Assembly (NCBI GenBank): GCA_038087875.1 | Contig: CM075989.1 | Location: forward strand, 16,308,001 to 16,372,000 | Reading direction: 5' to 3' | Origin: Malacoraja senta | Taxonomy: Eukaryota | DNA: 64,000 nucleotides | In this document: piece by piece, positions 50,770 through 63,099 of the stretch | Layout: the number at the start of each line of letters is the position of its first letter | How positions within the stretch are numbered: the first letter of the stretch is position 1 | Program-made: the position numbers and the translations under genes | Notes under the pieces: generated by a model | What the model saw: the letters and a program-made list of their open reading frames with translations, nothing else | What the model was told of the DNA's origin: nothing | Database searches by the model: none

Positions 50770-51090
50770 TGTCACAGGTAATACAGCTGCTGCGTCAAAG
50801 TGCCAGAGGTTCTGGTTTAATGGGACCACTGATGCTGTCGTGTGGAATTTGTGTGTTCTCCCTGTGACTGCATGGGTTTCCCCTCGATGCACTGGTTTCC
50901 TCCCACATTCCAAAGACGTGAGTTGGTGGGTTATGTAGCCACTGTAAATTGCTCGTTGTATGTAGATGGATGTGAGAATTTGGAGAAAGTTGATGGGAAA
51001 GTGGGGAGAATTTAAAAAAATGGGACAATTGCAGGATTTGTCTAAAAGGATGGACTTGGTGGGCCAAAAGCCTGATGACTGAGCCTACAA
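50770..51090 (+). mobile_element. V-SINE, diverged
   Basis: gtgtggaatttgtgtgttctccctgtgactgcatgggtttcccc V-domain. Confidence 0.65.
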
Positions 51091-51221
51091 TGGTGCTGCT
51101 TCCTGCACTCATGCAGAACTCAAATTTTGTCTCTTGTGTATCCAATTTCCATATTGTGTTCATCTTCAATTTCACATAGTCCATCTCTGACTCTTTCATT
51201 TCCTTTCTGGATCTTTCTTTA

Positions 51222-51530
51222 CAGTTTAGAGATATAGCGCAGAAACAGGCCCTTCGGCCCACCGAGTCTGCACCGGCCTGCATTCCCGATACATTAACAC
51301 TATCCTACACACTAGGGACATTTTACAATTTACAATTATGCCAAGCCAATTAACCTACAAACCTGTACATCTTTGGAGTTTGGGAGGAAACCAGAGATCC
51401 TGTAGAAAACCCATGCAGGTCACAGGGAGAATGTACAAACTCCATACAGACCAGCAGCCATGGTCAGGATCGAACCCAGGACTCTGGTGGTGTAAGGCAG
51501 CAACTGTATCACTGTGCCACCATGCCGTCC
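51222..51530 (-). mobile_element. HE1-like V-SINE
   Basis: Tail, V-domain and B-box GGTTCGATCC on the - strand. Confidence 0.8.
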
Positions 51531-52229
51531 AGAATTGTCTCAGTATCTGGAGGTAGGCCAGCCACCAATATCCAGGGGAAGCCCACAGTTCCTTAATTAT
51601 ACTTCACCCATTCTGCCTCCATTCTTTCAATTCCTTTGTCTCTGCATATGCTCCTGCCTTTATTTTCATCATTCAGTGACAATGAAATTAATTGCAACAG
51701 TCTTGACTGTGATTGAGAAAACTCAATGCAGAGCCGATATGTGACTTTGGATGTTATTGGCTTGTTTGTCCCTGGAGCGCATGCAGGTTACTCTGAGCAT
51801 GTAAATTCCAGCTTCAAGTTAATTTTTGATGAAACATTATCCTGAAATATAATCTTTTTTCTATTTTGCTTTATTATTAAACCAGGCATCAAGTAATAAA
51901 TGTTTTAAACAATAACGCGTAACAATTTGACTGTTGGAGGTTATAGGTTTGTACTTCATATGTGAATTTTAGCAATTATATCTGATTACTTCAATCACGA
52001 TAGGCAAAGCATTTCCTAGTGAAAGATGACTGCTTTTTTTGCATGTTAAATTCAAGCCCTGACTGCTGTAGTTAAGTAAAATAAATATAAATGTTTGAAC
52101 TATATTCCTTTGAGAGTTTCCTGTGCATAAACATTGCAGCTATTTTACAATCTACTGAAGTGACTGCATTTCAAATGATAACTTACTTACTGCGAATATG
52201 AGCAGGTGCTAGTAACTGAAAATTAAGTG

Positions 52230-52260
<31 letters not shown>

Positions 52261-52522
52261 TATATATTGCAAATTGTATGTGGTGAATCCCTGCTTTGAA
52301 AATGAGCAAATCCCTGAGATTTATTTAGCACTTAACTGAATGCGAAAGTATTTCTGCATTAAAATTGACATTGTTCAATTATTTTGAGAGAGAAACCTCC
52401 ATTCTAACTGCAAAAAAAAACGAATTTGTATTTTTGATCTTACTGGAGGTTAAATGTAAATTATTGTTGCAAATCGTAAAACTTGAAAGATGAATGCAGT
52501 CATTTATTATCAACTAGTTTTA

Positions 52523-52806
52523 ACGGTGGCACAGTTGCTGCCTTTCAGTGCCAGATACCCGGGTACTATCCTGACTACGGGTGCTGTCTTCACGGAGTTT
52601 GTATGTTCTCCCCATGTTCGTGTGGGTTTTCTCTGGGTGCTTGGTTTCCTCCCACACTCCAAAGACCTACACGTTTGTAGGTTAATTGGCCTTGGTAACA
52701 ATTCTAAATTGTCCGTAGTGTGGACAGTGCTAGTGTACGGAGATTGCTGGTCAGCGTGGATTCCACGGGCTGAAGGGCCTGTTTCCGCGCTGCATCACTA
52801 AAGTAA
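52523..52806 (+). mobile_element. HE1-like V-SINE
   Basis: acggtggcacag head, V-domain and gaagggcctgtttccgcgctg tail. Confidence 0.8.
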
Positions 52807-54633
52807 AAAAATATTACTGGAGTCATTAGTTCCTCAGCAGAGCCTTGCATAAAGCTCAGTGATGGAGCTTGAAAAGAAACAGTGGAGAAGTGTACCTTTT
52901 CAATTGCATGAATTTAAAAAGGGCTTTATTCAAATCATCTTGCAAAATTTATTATATTGTTCAGAATACTAACCCAGAATGTTATTCAACAAAACATTGA
53001 CTTTAAGCTTTGTGATGCAATGCAAAGATTATGAAAGTTCTAGAGTGCATTTTCATATTTGACTGTTGTACAGTACTGTTTCATACAGTATTGAAGTTGA
53101 AATTCTTCAGGATCAGTCTGTCAAAGATTGAACTGAATTTGAGTGATGTCGGGTTGCTTTTATAGAATAAGGGTTTTCTTTATTAACTCTGTGACTACAG
53201 AGAATGGTGAATTATTCACATTCTGTGAACCTTGTATCTTCATTTCAGTTGGTAAGAATTCTTAAAAACCTAACAATTTACCTCAGATTTATCTGAGAAA
53301 CAAGAAATAAATCATTTAGGTAACATCTCTCTTTGGTTGAAATTTTTCACCAGCCAAAAAGGCAGGTTGGATTTATATTTCACTGAGCTTAGCCTTATTT
53401 GAGTTTCAACTAATTGAATAAATTCAAGATTTCTCCCGTCCTTTGATAATTAAAATCTGGTTCTCTCTTGGTTTTGGGCACACATGGAATCTTTCATGAA
53501 AAGAACATGACATGAAGTTGGATTAGTGAAAACATTTTGAGCATTCTTTCTTCTTTTTGTGACCTTGTTTGTTGAAATTCTATGAAACTCTTCATTTGTT
53601 CATCACAAAGTAATTGATAATCAAACTTTAGAGAAGAACCAGCCATCATTAACCAGTGAGTTCATTCTATTGGAGAGGAACATTTGTCCCCACTCCTCCA
53701 TTACCAACCACCATGGCACCAATGGTGAGACCTGAATCGTTTATAATATCCAGACTCAAATCAACTGTGTAATAACAGGTGTTTTGAAAATTATGCCCAA
53801 TTTCCATAGCAACTTTGTGAAAATGTACAAAATCAATAAGTTTGTAAAATATGAGAATTTCATCTTGAGTAATAATTCAATTACTTTTTAAAAATTCTCT
53901 CACTTTGGCTGTAGTTAGCTGACTTTTCTGCCTCATCCCAATCCTTCGAGCCCTTTCTATTTAATTCACCTTATCTCCCCTTGCCTGATGAAAGTAAGAC
54001 ACTATGTGACACGACTGAGGACTGACAGTGGGTTTCAATTATTTACCCAAGTAGAGCTTCCTACCTTTATTTTTCTGTTCCAGGGAAATTGTAAGCTGAA
54101 AGATCTGAAATTAGATGGGAAATGGTGGTGAGGGGTGGGGTCTTCATTTAGGTAGTTTATCCATTCAGAATATGTAAATGGCATTGTGTTGCTCGATGGG
54201 AATTTGGAAATAAGATTGCGACAGTTTCAAAGAAACCTGTTGGATCACTTCTACCTGTCTACATCTCAACTATAAGTGGGTAGTGATGGAGATTATGAGC
54301 TGACGATTCAATAGCCTTGAGTGAACTAGAAGCAGCTAGGTTAGCATAGTGAATTGACATCAATGAATGATTTATCGTATTTTAATCTAATCAAACCTAC
54401 CTACTGTCTAAGTATGTGTAAATCCATTTCAATTTCTGCCGTGGACAATGTTTAAGAATTCATGTTTTCCTTATTTGTAATAGTTGCAATCAACATAAAT
54501 ATTTATTTTAAAGAGCTATTATCTTTGTGCATTTGAAGTTATTAAAGAATAAAAGCAGAAATTATTTTATTTCAAGTGAAGAATTCCTTGAGATTGATTA
54601 GAAGATGTCAAAAGCAGTTTTTGATTATATTAA

Positions 54634-54792
54634 GTTTGTAGGAAGGAACCTCATGCCGGTTTAAACCAAGGATGGACACAAAAAGCTTGAGTAGCTTCAG
54701 TGAAGAAGGGTCTCGACCCGAAACGTCACCCATTCTTTCTCTCCAGAGATGCTGCCTGTCCCGCTGAGTTACTCCAGCTTTTTGTGTCTATC
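54634..54792 (+). mobile_element. Penelope-type insertion with partial inverted arm and hammerhead core lacking C3
   Basis: GTGAAGA-A-GGGT-CTCG-ACCC-GAAAC-GTC at 54700-54727. 14-bp TSD TTTGATTATATTAA (54620-54633 and 54793-54806). Confidence 0.78.
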
Positions 54793-55762
54793 TTTGATTA
54801 TATTAACTTTTTTGTACCTAATTTACCAAGTTAAAATATAAGTTTCCACCAGCCCTGGTGTGTAATACAGTTTTGAATTTGGTACATGGGTATCAGTTTA
54901 AAGTTTTCTCATCGTTTGATAAGGCCAACATTTTTTTTTCTGTGTCAGCCTGACTTTGGAGGGTGTTCCTTAAACACGTTGCAATGTAGTTTCAGGAGTG
55001 TGGTTGGGGAATACCAAGTTAGCTTTTCTAATTTTCTAGTCTCTGCACCACATAATTTATACAATAGACATGGTATGATTAAATGTTTAAAGCAGATGCA
55101 GAACAATGTAGCTTTAGCGTGTACCTTTATATAATCGGCTTGTAATGTTTGTTTGATGGTCCGATTATGCTGTGGAGGTTTAATTGCCATTATAATTCTT
55201 GGATAAAATTTTGATTATAGATTCTAAGCTCCCCTTTCATTTATTTTCCATCCTTCAGAAAATGAGTCGTATTCACAGTTGTTGGACATAGAATTAGGAT
55301 ATAGTCCTGCCGCAAGATGTTATCTATTAACCTAGTTTTTTTAATGGTCGCATATGGCGGCTGTGCTGCAGGCAGCTTTGGTGGAGATAATTGGGTAATT
55401 TGTGTGTCAATCGCGCTTGGTGACCATACAATAGATAATGGCTGCAATTAGTTTTAGAGGCATAATGTTCTTATAAAAACTCGTAGAGCATTATTTCTGG
55501 GGAATTTGTTCTTTTGCATGGGGAAGTTTTACAGATTGTTTCCTCTGCTCTTTAAAGAGACTGATTGTTAAAATGACAGCTGAGAGCAACATGCCATGGC
55601 CTAATTCCAATCTTTGGATGACTATTGGCAGTAAATCACCCTGTTTGAAGAATGTGTATGTTTTTTTAAATTAATTAAGTTTGAGATTTGTCAACTGTCT
55701 CAACTTTGCGTCCATTTAAGACCCTAATGAAATTTTCATTTATTTTTTTACTTTGATCACAG

Positions 55763-55945
55763 ACCCCACAGTGGTGCCAACTACTTCTGCTGCCAGGTCA
55801 CAACCTGTCACGAATGTACCTACCTCAGGCCAGATCTCAAGTACAACTCCCGGTCCTTCTACCATCCAGCCTGCCTCTGTGGCACAGTCTTCAGGAGCTC
55901 CTATGGCCATTAATGCTGGTCTTTCAACAGTAGGTACGTCTGCAG
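55763..55945 (+). CDS. RNF111: RNF111 exon 5 (Ser/Thr-rich); alternative in-frame donor after 55933
   Basis: cacag|AC CCC; DPTVVPTTSAAR...STVGTSA. Phase-1 donors GCAG|GTTTGT (55945) or GTAG|GTACGT (55933). Confidence 0.88.
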
Positions 55946-57658
55946 GTTTGTTTGAAGGCATTTGGCAAAATTACATATACCAAGGAAGATATCCAGATCT
56001 CACAGGTGTCGCTAACAGGTGCCACTTTCGTATTAAATTTGAATTGCACTACCTTGCTGAGCTTTGTAGTTAATTGTTAGGCCTCTTTAATGAGGTATTC
56101 AGTGAGAACTGCTTTGGTAGCCTTAAGAATTCCTTACCTGAAGAGTAGAGAGGGAATTATTTTCTGAATAGTTAAGGCGAGAAAGATACGGAAAGAAAAA
56201 AGAGTGTTGAAGAATGCAATCGATTCGGTGGAATCTCCACTAAGATGGGTGAAGTGGAACTAGTAATATCTGACCAGGGATGTAAATCTTTGATCTTCCT
56301 CAGATAAAAACATCAGTAAGGAGGGCCAGGATTTGTTCATATTTTATTGGTTTAGCATGAACCAGATGTCCCAAGGTGTTCAAAAGAGGATTGCTTTTTC
56401 TGCTCTTGCACATTCCAGATTTCTTGGGAAATTATATTGGTGTGGAATATGTAGGCATCTAGACAAATCAGGCACGATTTAGTGAGAACCAACAATCTAC
56501 CTAGCATATTAAATAGATTAATAGAAATGTTACCAATAAAACACTGAATGCTGCGGTTGGGGGGGGCTAGTGAAGCTCATTGTATTGGAGTAGAAAATAT
56601 GTTTGCTTCTGTCTTGAGAATGCTGAATGCAATCATAAAGTAGAAATCAGAATATTTTCTTGCCTTAGTATTAAAAATGTTCATCTTGATTAATATGACA
56701 AATAATTTAAGACTACTAGGCCAGTCATATATATTTTGCCTTTCTGAGGGAGGGTTACAGATTTCTGTAAAATTGAGTCAGTTGAACAATATGCAATGGT
56801 ATTGCATCAGTAATCAACAAAAGGAATAAATTGTACTTTTATGAAAATACTCATCCAAAATATCCAAGCATAATTTGCAAGAAATCATAGAGATCTGAAA
56901 AAGTTTAGAGGGAGAGATTATTAAGGAAAGGATCTTTAAGGAAACTTTTGAAGATGAATATTTCAAATGGCTCAGGGAGAGTAAGAGTGAAGAGTATTGG
57001 TGTTGTGTTTTCTACTTAGTTCAATAAAAGTAGCTGTGCCCACTGGAGACAACTGTTCCAGGACAAGAAGTTCAGAATGTGATTTAAGAAAATTGCTTGC
57101 AGTGTAAAGCAGTTACTTGGGGAATAAGGACTGCGAAGGGAACGGTGAAGTGAAAGATGGTCAAGTAATGTGCTGAGATCTGGTGGGTGGAACAAGCCAA
57201 ATTGTGTATCAAAATGATTCGTCTCACATTCTGCAGCTGGTTGGTGAGATTACCAAAAAGACCAAGACTGCAGGAGGTTTAAGAAAAGGCACTGGCAAAC
57301 ATTATATCACCGTATCACTTAATACAAGTGTTCTTTTCAGTTAGTGCCAAGTGTATCTTTGATTGTGACAAAACATTTCACATGTTTTTAGAAAATTGTG
57401 AATGTACTTTAATTGTTTCCATTCTGCACAGACTAATGTCTCACCTGCATTCAGTTTTTTAAGCTAACTTCTCTTTTTAATTTGTTCTGTTTCCAAATTG
57501 TGATTTTTATCTGTGGCAAGAATAAAAGTAACTAGTGGAAACTAATGCAAATATGCCTGCATCTCTATTGTAAATGTGCTGTCAGAACTACTTTTGTAAT
57601 GTAAAGGTGACAAACATTTCCGAGACTAGAGTTTGATCTTTGTTACTTTTCCTCAAAG

Positions 57659-57963
57659 ATGATGTACGGAGAGTTGGGTTAAATACATTGCCAGAAGCTG
57701 GTCCTGGGGCAATGCCAAGGCTCCAGCCCTGCTGCCCTCAGCACTCACCATGTGGCGGATCTTTACAAGGACACAACTCGTTAGGCCACCCTCATCCAAG
57801 CTGTCTTCAGCAACATAGCCACCAATTCCAGCACCACCCAGGTGCCCACTCTACAGTGCCACCAGCAATGCCTTCGTTTCCTGAATCAAACTGTCCTTTG
57901 GAAAGACCTGCTGTAGTGCCCGCTCCTTGTGGAGCTAATGGAAATGCAGGTGGCCTATATCAG
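57659..57963 (+). CDS. RNF111: RNF111 exon 6
   Basis: ctcaaag|AT GAT; DDVRR...AMPRLQPCCPQHSPCGG...LGHPHPSC...CPLERP...APCGAN; CAG|GTTTGT; phases 1 to 0. Confidence 0.94.
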
Positions 57964-59275
57964 GTTTGTATTCTACTACCTCGTTTACAGAAGAAAAATT
58001 GGGCGGGAACAGAATAATAGAATATCTGAGATGCAGTAGGAATAATGTTACGATGACAAAAAATTTAATTTATCATGCAACTCGTTTATATTGTATTTGA
58101 TGAAAACAGCTTTAAAATGGCAACATTTTGAATTGAATTAATGTGTTACGGTTGCTCCAATTTTAATTGGTAATAAGAATTTTATTATGCAATCGGATTA
58201 TGTTTTAAATTGAACTGTTTAAAACTGTCATGCCCATAAGTAATTATTACAATAATTCTGATGCTGGAGAGTGTAATACTGTTGAGAAAAAAATTGCAGC
58301 TTCAATTGGGGGGGGGGAGGGGGGGGGAATTGGCTCTGAGCTCTTGCACATGCTTTGCAATTGCATGAAATGCTGTACATTTAATTTATCCGTTGAATCG
58401 AAGGAAAGTTAAATGAAATAATTTCACTGTGAAATACCACTAATTCCTACAAAAAAAACAATGGGCTTGCAGCCAAGGCAACTGTTTCTTGGAAGAATTA
58501 ACAACATTAAAATGAGGCATAATGACCAATAAAAAAACTCTGGTTAACAGTACTAAAGATAAACAAGTGAATATGGAACGTCTGAAGGAGAAATCAAGAG
58601 GATAGGAAGCTAAATTGATATGTTACAAGGCAAAATGGTTATGAATAATGTAGGTATGTCAAGCAATAATCCAATAAAGGTGCGTGCCAATTAAAAGCAT
58701 GAGAAATATTCCAACTGTAGAGGCTGGACAATTTGCATTACTGTATGGAGTCATCTCTCCAGGCATGTATCGCAGGACGTTGAGCTCTGCCAAAAAATTT
58801 GTATTTTAGAAATTGTGCCAACTGTTATGTTTTCTGATAATCTCCAACAAGGGGCAAAGAGATAAACTGAAGAAACATAACATGGGAATAAATGAAGTTC
58901 ACCAGGGCATAAAGTGAAAGAAAATTAATATTCAGAGCTGTGTTTATATCAGGATAGTTTGTCCCGACTTGTACAGTTAAAGTTTTATTTGGAGAGAAGA
59001 TAGCAAAGAGTGTTAGACACAAAGTGCTGGAGTAACTCAGTGGGCCAGATAGCATCTCTGAAGAAAAGGGATGAGTTGCAGCATCTCTGGAGAAAAAGGA
59101 TGGGTTATAAAGATAGTAAAATGTGTTAACGTTTGTCAATTATTACTATTTTCCAATGCCTAAAGCCATAATTGGTGGACTATAAATGAACACACATAAT
59201 AGAAATTATGGACAATGTTATTAACGTGATACGATTTTCATAATTGACATTAATTGTATGTTTTATTTTAAACAG

Positions 59276-59522
59276 ACTGTGCCTGTTGATTTAAGTAGTG
59301 GTGCTGTTAGAAGCCATGGAAGTGGGAGCTTCCATGGAACTTCTGCATTTGATCCTTGCTGTCCTGGAAATCCTGCACGAACTGCAGTCTACGGAGCACA
59401 AGCAACAGTTGGAACAAGCCAGCCTGTGACTGTCGAAGGATATAGTTCTGGGATGGTAGGACAGACGCAAGTTCAACCACAGCCCCCACTTGCTTCTTGT
59501 CGACATTATATACATCCTACCT
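59276..59522 (+). CDS. RNF111: RNF111 exon 7
   Basis: aaacag|ACT; TVPVDLSSGAVRSHGSGSFHGTSAFDPCCP...SCRHYIHPT; T|GTAAGT; phases 0 to 1. Confidence 0.95.
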
Positions 59523-59849
59523 GTAAGTCTTATTCTTTTTTTTTTTTGCAGTACCATGGGGTAGTTATATTAAATTCACTTCCAGCATAAGCATCTGACC
59601 TGAAAAGGCTTATCTATAAATACAGGAATTGCAAAATTAGTTTAATGTATATTATATAACCATGCTATTTTTTAAGTGTGTGTTTTTAGCTGCAATTATA
59701 CCTGGATTTTTTTTTAAACCGTTTTTGTATGATGATCAAGAGCAGAAACCTCTGCATTTCAATTTGTATCTCATTCTGCTATTCCTGTTTTGATATTGTG
59801 GTTAACATGGTGTGCCCGATATAGCTCCACGCTCCAGAATGAATGTTGC

Positions 59850-60680
59850 TCAGATTCATAGCACTTTATTGTCTTATATACCTTGCCCGTGAATCTCTGT
59901 GAAACAGTATATATGATAATGATAGATACGACAATCTTTCATTACCATTAGCTTGCAAAACAACAGAATAGTGTAACGGTTGTGGTGCAATCTGAAGTAA
60001 AGCAAAAAATGAACTCAAGCAATAATGGAATAAGTGTATCAATGGTAAGAGTATACGGCGGCAGCTCTGGGAGGGAGTGTGTGATAGAGGACTTGTTCAG
60101 GAGTCTTATAATAGTGGGGAAGAGGTTGTTCTTGAGTCTGGACACAAGAGCTTTCAAGCTCCTGTAACTTGTCCCTGAAGGTAGAAGAGATAAAAGGGAA
60201 TGGCCATCAAGGTACTTCCAGTCGTCTTGATGCACTGCAATGTGAAAATGGACTAAATGGAAGGAAGTGACAAGCCTGTGATGGATTTGACTGAGTTTGC
60301 CAGTCTCTTCAGGTTCAGGCAGTCAACAGCAGACCTGTTGCCATACCAGGCTGAGATACATCTCATCAGAATACTTTCTATAGTACATCTGTAGAAGTTC
60401 GAGTGAATCCTTGCAGATATTTCAAATCTTCTCAGATACCTAAGAAAGTACTTTCTTCATCATGAATTTAGTGTGAAAGGACCAGGTTGGGTTGCTGGCG
60501 ATATGAATGCTGAGGGGCTTGAAATTGTTGATCATCTCTACAGCAGCTTTGTTGATAAGTATAGGGTTGTGTTCACTCTCCCCCACTGCTTCTGTTGGTC
60601 AACCACCAACTCTTTCATCTTGCTAATGTTAAGCACCAGGTTGATGTTCTGACACCATGACATAATGTTCCTCATAATGA
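59850..60680 (-). mobile_element. Old Rex1/Babar LINE 3' fragment
   Basis: GHSLLSLLPSGTSYRSL...RLKNNLFPTIIRLLN with a gacaataaa tail. Confidence 0.72.
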
Positions 60681-60974
60681 ACATAGAAAGGTAATTTGGC
60701 TCTGATGCATTTTAGAAAATTCACATCTACAATTTATTCTCTGGGTTAATTTCCATGACAAATGAGCAATGAAAGCTGGTTGAAGAATTTTCAGCATCCG
60801 GTGGCCTTGTTTTTCCACAAGGGAGTTGATGAGAAATAATTAGTACAGTCATCAATCTTGAATGGAATTTTCTAAAGTCCTTACATGTTCATTCTGCTAA
60901 GTTTTGGAAATTCTTCTTTTTCCAAGGTGGCTATTTAGCTGTCAATTCTGATATTATTTATTGCTTCCTTCCAG

Positions 60975-61293
60975 ATGGCCCACTGCCAAGACCATTGCAC
61001 CACCAAGCCCCCATCTGCCCACATGCGCATGGAAATCCTCCCCCTCCACCACAACCCATTCCCCAACCAGAGTATGCTATTCCACACCCAGTGCACCCTT
61101 TCCATCCACAGCTTCCCTCACATCCTGCAACACATACTGTACCACCAGCACCTGCCCCACCTCCGCACCTTCCTGCAACTGCAGCAACAATGCCGCACCA
61201 TCTTCCTACTGCTCCACCCTCTCAGCGACTACACCATCATGAAATGCTTCAGAGAATGGAGGCGCAGCGAAGAAGAATGATGCAGCATCCGAC
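60975..61293 (+). CDS. RNF111: RNF111 exon 8 (Pro/His-rich)
   Basis: ttccag|[29 protein letters not shown]...YAIPHPVH...[22 protein letters not shown]; phases 1 to 2. Confidence 0.95.
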
Positions 61294-62114
61294 GTAAGTC
61301 AAATGTTCCTCATAATTTTGCCATGCCACCAATTCTCGTTAGTGCACCATAATAATTGGGCATTTATTTTAAGTTCCAATTGTTTTGCAAATTTCTATAT
61401 GTCTCTTCAAAAAGTAAATGCCAGATTACTTTTTTAATACTTGTCATCTTTCCAGGCCAAATATATACAGCTCGAGCCACTTAAAGCTTTTCCTTGTTTT
61501 GTACATTTATTTTAAATTAAAGCTCAATTAATAATTCAAAATGTAGACATTTAACACCTGGTCTGATTAAATTGAACACTTTTTCTCTGTGTTTACTCAC
61601 TACATTGGACACTTCAGGAAAGCTAACATTTTCTAGGATTACAAATGAGTTAGAGCAACTGCACATTTGGCCATTGTATGCATGGCCATTGTAAATATCT
61701 ACATACTGTAAGCTGCACTAGATATTTAAAATAATAAATAGCCACAGCGTCTTTTAAGATGGAAGGATGGGTTGTTTAAAGTCTACCACTGCTGAAGATT
61801 TCAGCATTTTTTGTGGTTGCCTTCTGATAATGCTGGTGCAACAATCTTAATACTCACAACAGTAAACATTTCCTGACCGCCTTAATATGTTGGTAGTTTT
61901 GAAGAATGGCCAATGATATCTTCAACAACCTATTAAAATCTCTGTCAATTAATGGATCACAGAACATATTCCAAATTCAATGACAGCAGTAAATTGAGCA
62001 ATGGAAAAACCCAACCCTCCAACCTCTGCTGCAAAGCGAAATCCCAGCTTTAAATTATGATGGTTATGTAGTCATATGGTGTTAACTTGTACCAAAACAA
62101 TACAATACCAAAAT

Positions 62115-62190
62115 AGGCCCAAAATGCTGGAGTAACTCAGCGGGACAGGCTGCGGGACGGGATGGGTGACGTTTCGGGTCGAGACCCTTG
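62115..62190 (-). mobile_element. Penelope-type fragment with half hammerhead core
   Basis: The - strand reads AAGGGTCTCGACCCGAAACGTCACCC; the CTGAAGA box is missing. Confidence 0.6.
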
Positions 62191-62973
62191 GCCCACCGAG
62201 ATTGCATTGACCATCAGATGCCAATTTACAAGAATCCGACATTAATCAAATATATTCTCTTCAAGTTCCCATAATCTCCCCCTAGATTCCACCACACGGG
62301 GCAATTTAATCTACTATTGTGCATGGAGTCCATGAGATGTGGTCAAGGTAAACGTGCAAACTCCAAGTAGACAACATCGGAGGACAGGATTGTATATCTG
62401 TGCCCAGCTCTTTGAGACATTGGCTTTACTAACTGCCTCAGTTTATGACCTGGGACACAATGATATTCTCTCCCATTTTTTGTTAAACTCAAATATCATT
62501 TGGTATTTAGTAATTGGTAGGATATAAAGCTTTTAAGTTGCAGACATTCTGATGTCAAAGTAGCTGACTTCTTGATTTTATTATGTAAATATGTGAAAGG
62601 AGCTTGCTCTCCAAAGTGATTCCTATGCTAATTAATGCTAATTTCACCCAACCCCTTTGAGGTTCAAAGCTGCAAAGCGCTGCACATTTAACAAGAGAAT
62701 GTTACTTTCAAACCTCAATTAGAAGATCAAATATCCTATGATATTTGTAATACAATATTTGCATTTTTTTTTTTATCATGCAGCAAGGAAATGTTATCTT
62801 GTCCTTGAAGTTGCATCTTCGCTGACTAACAATTTTGTTGATATAACCTATTAACAAGTTTATTGTCATATGCTCAAGTATGGTGAGATACAGGTACAAG
62901 GAAAAATCTTGCATGAGGTTTTGAGAACACAGTGGTTTTCTTTGAATAATCTGTTGTGTTGTTTCTTATGCAG

Positions 62974-63099
62974 TCGAGCACATGAGCGGCCTCCACCACA
63001 CCCACATCGTATGCATCCTAACTATGGCCATGGACATCATATTCATGTTCCTCAGACAATGTCCTCACATCCACGGCAGCCACAGGAGAGGCCAACATG
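62974..63099 (+). CDS. RNF111: RNF111 exon 9
   Basis: atgcag|[53 protein letters not shown]; phases 2 to 2. Confidence 0.96.

Noticed and set aside
60961..61280. Alternative-frame ORFs overlapping exon 8 (and antisense ORFs over exons 2, 3, 5, 7)
   Set aside because: Shadow ORFs from C-rich Pro/His codon bias. Only one frame matches Arkadia and the splice phases.
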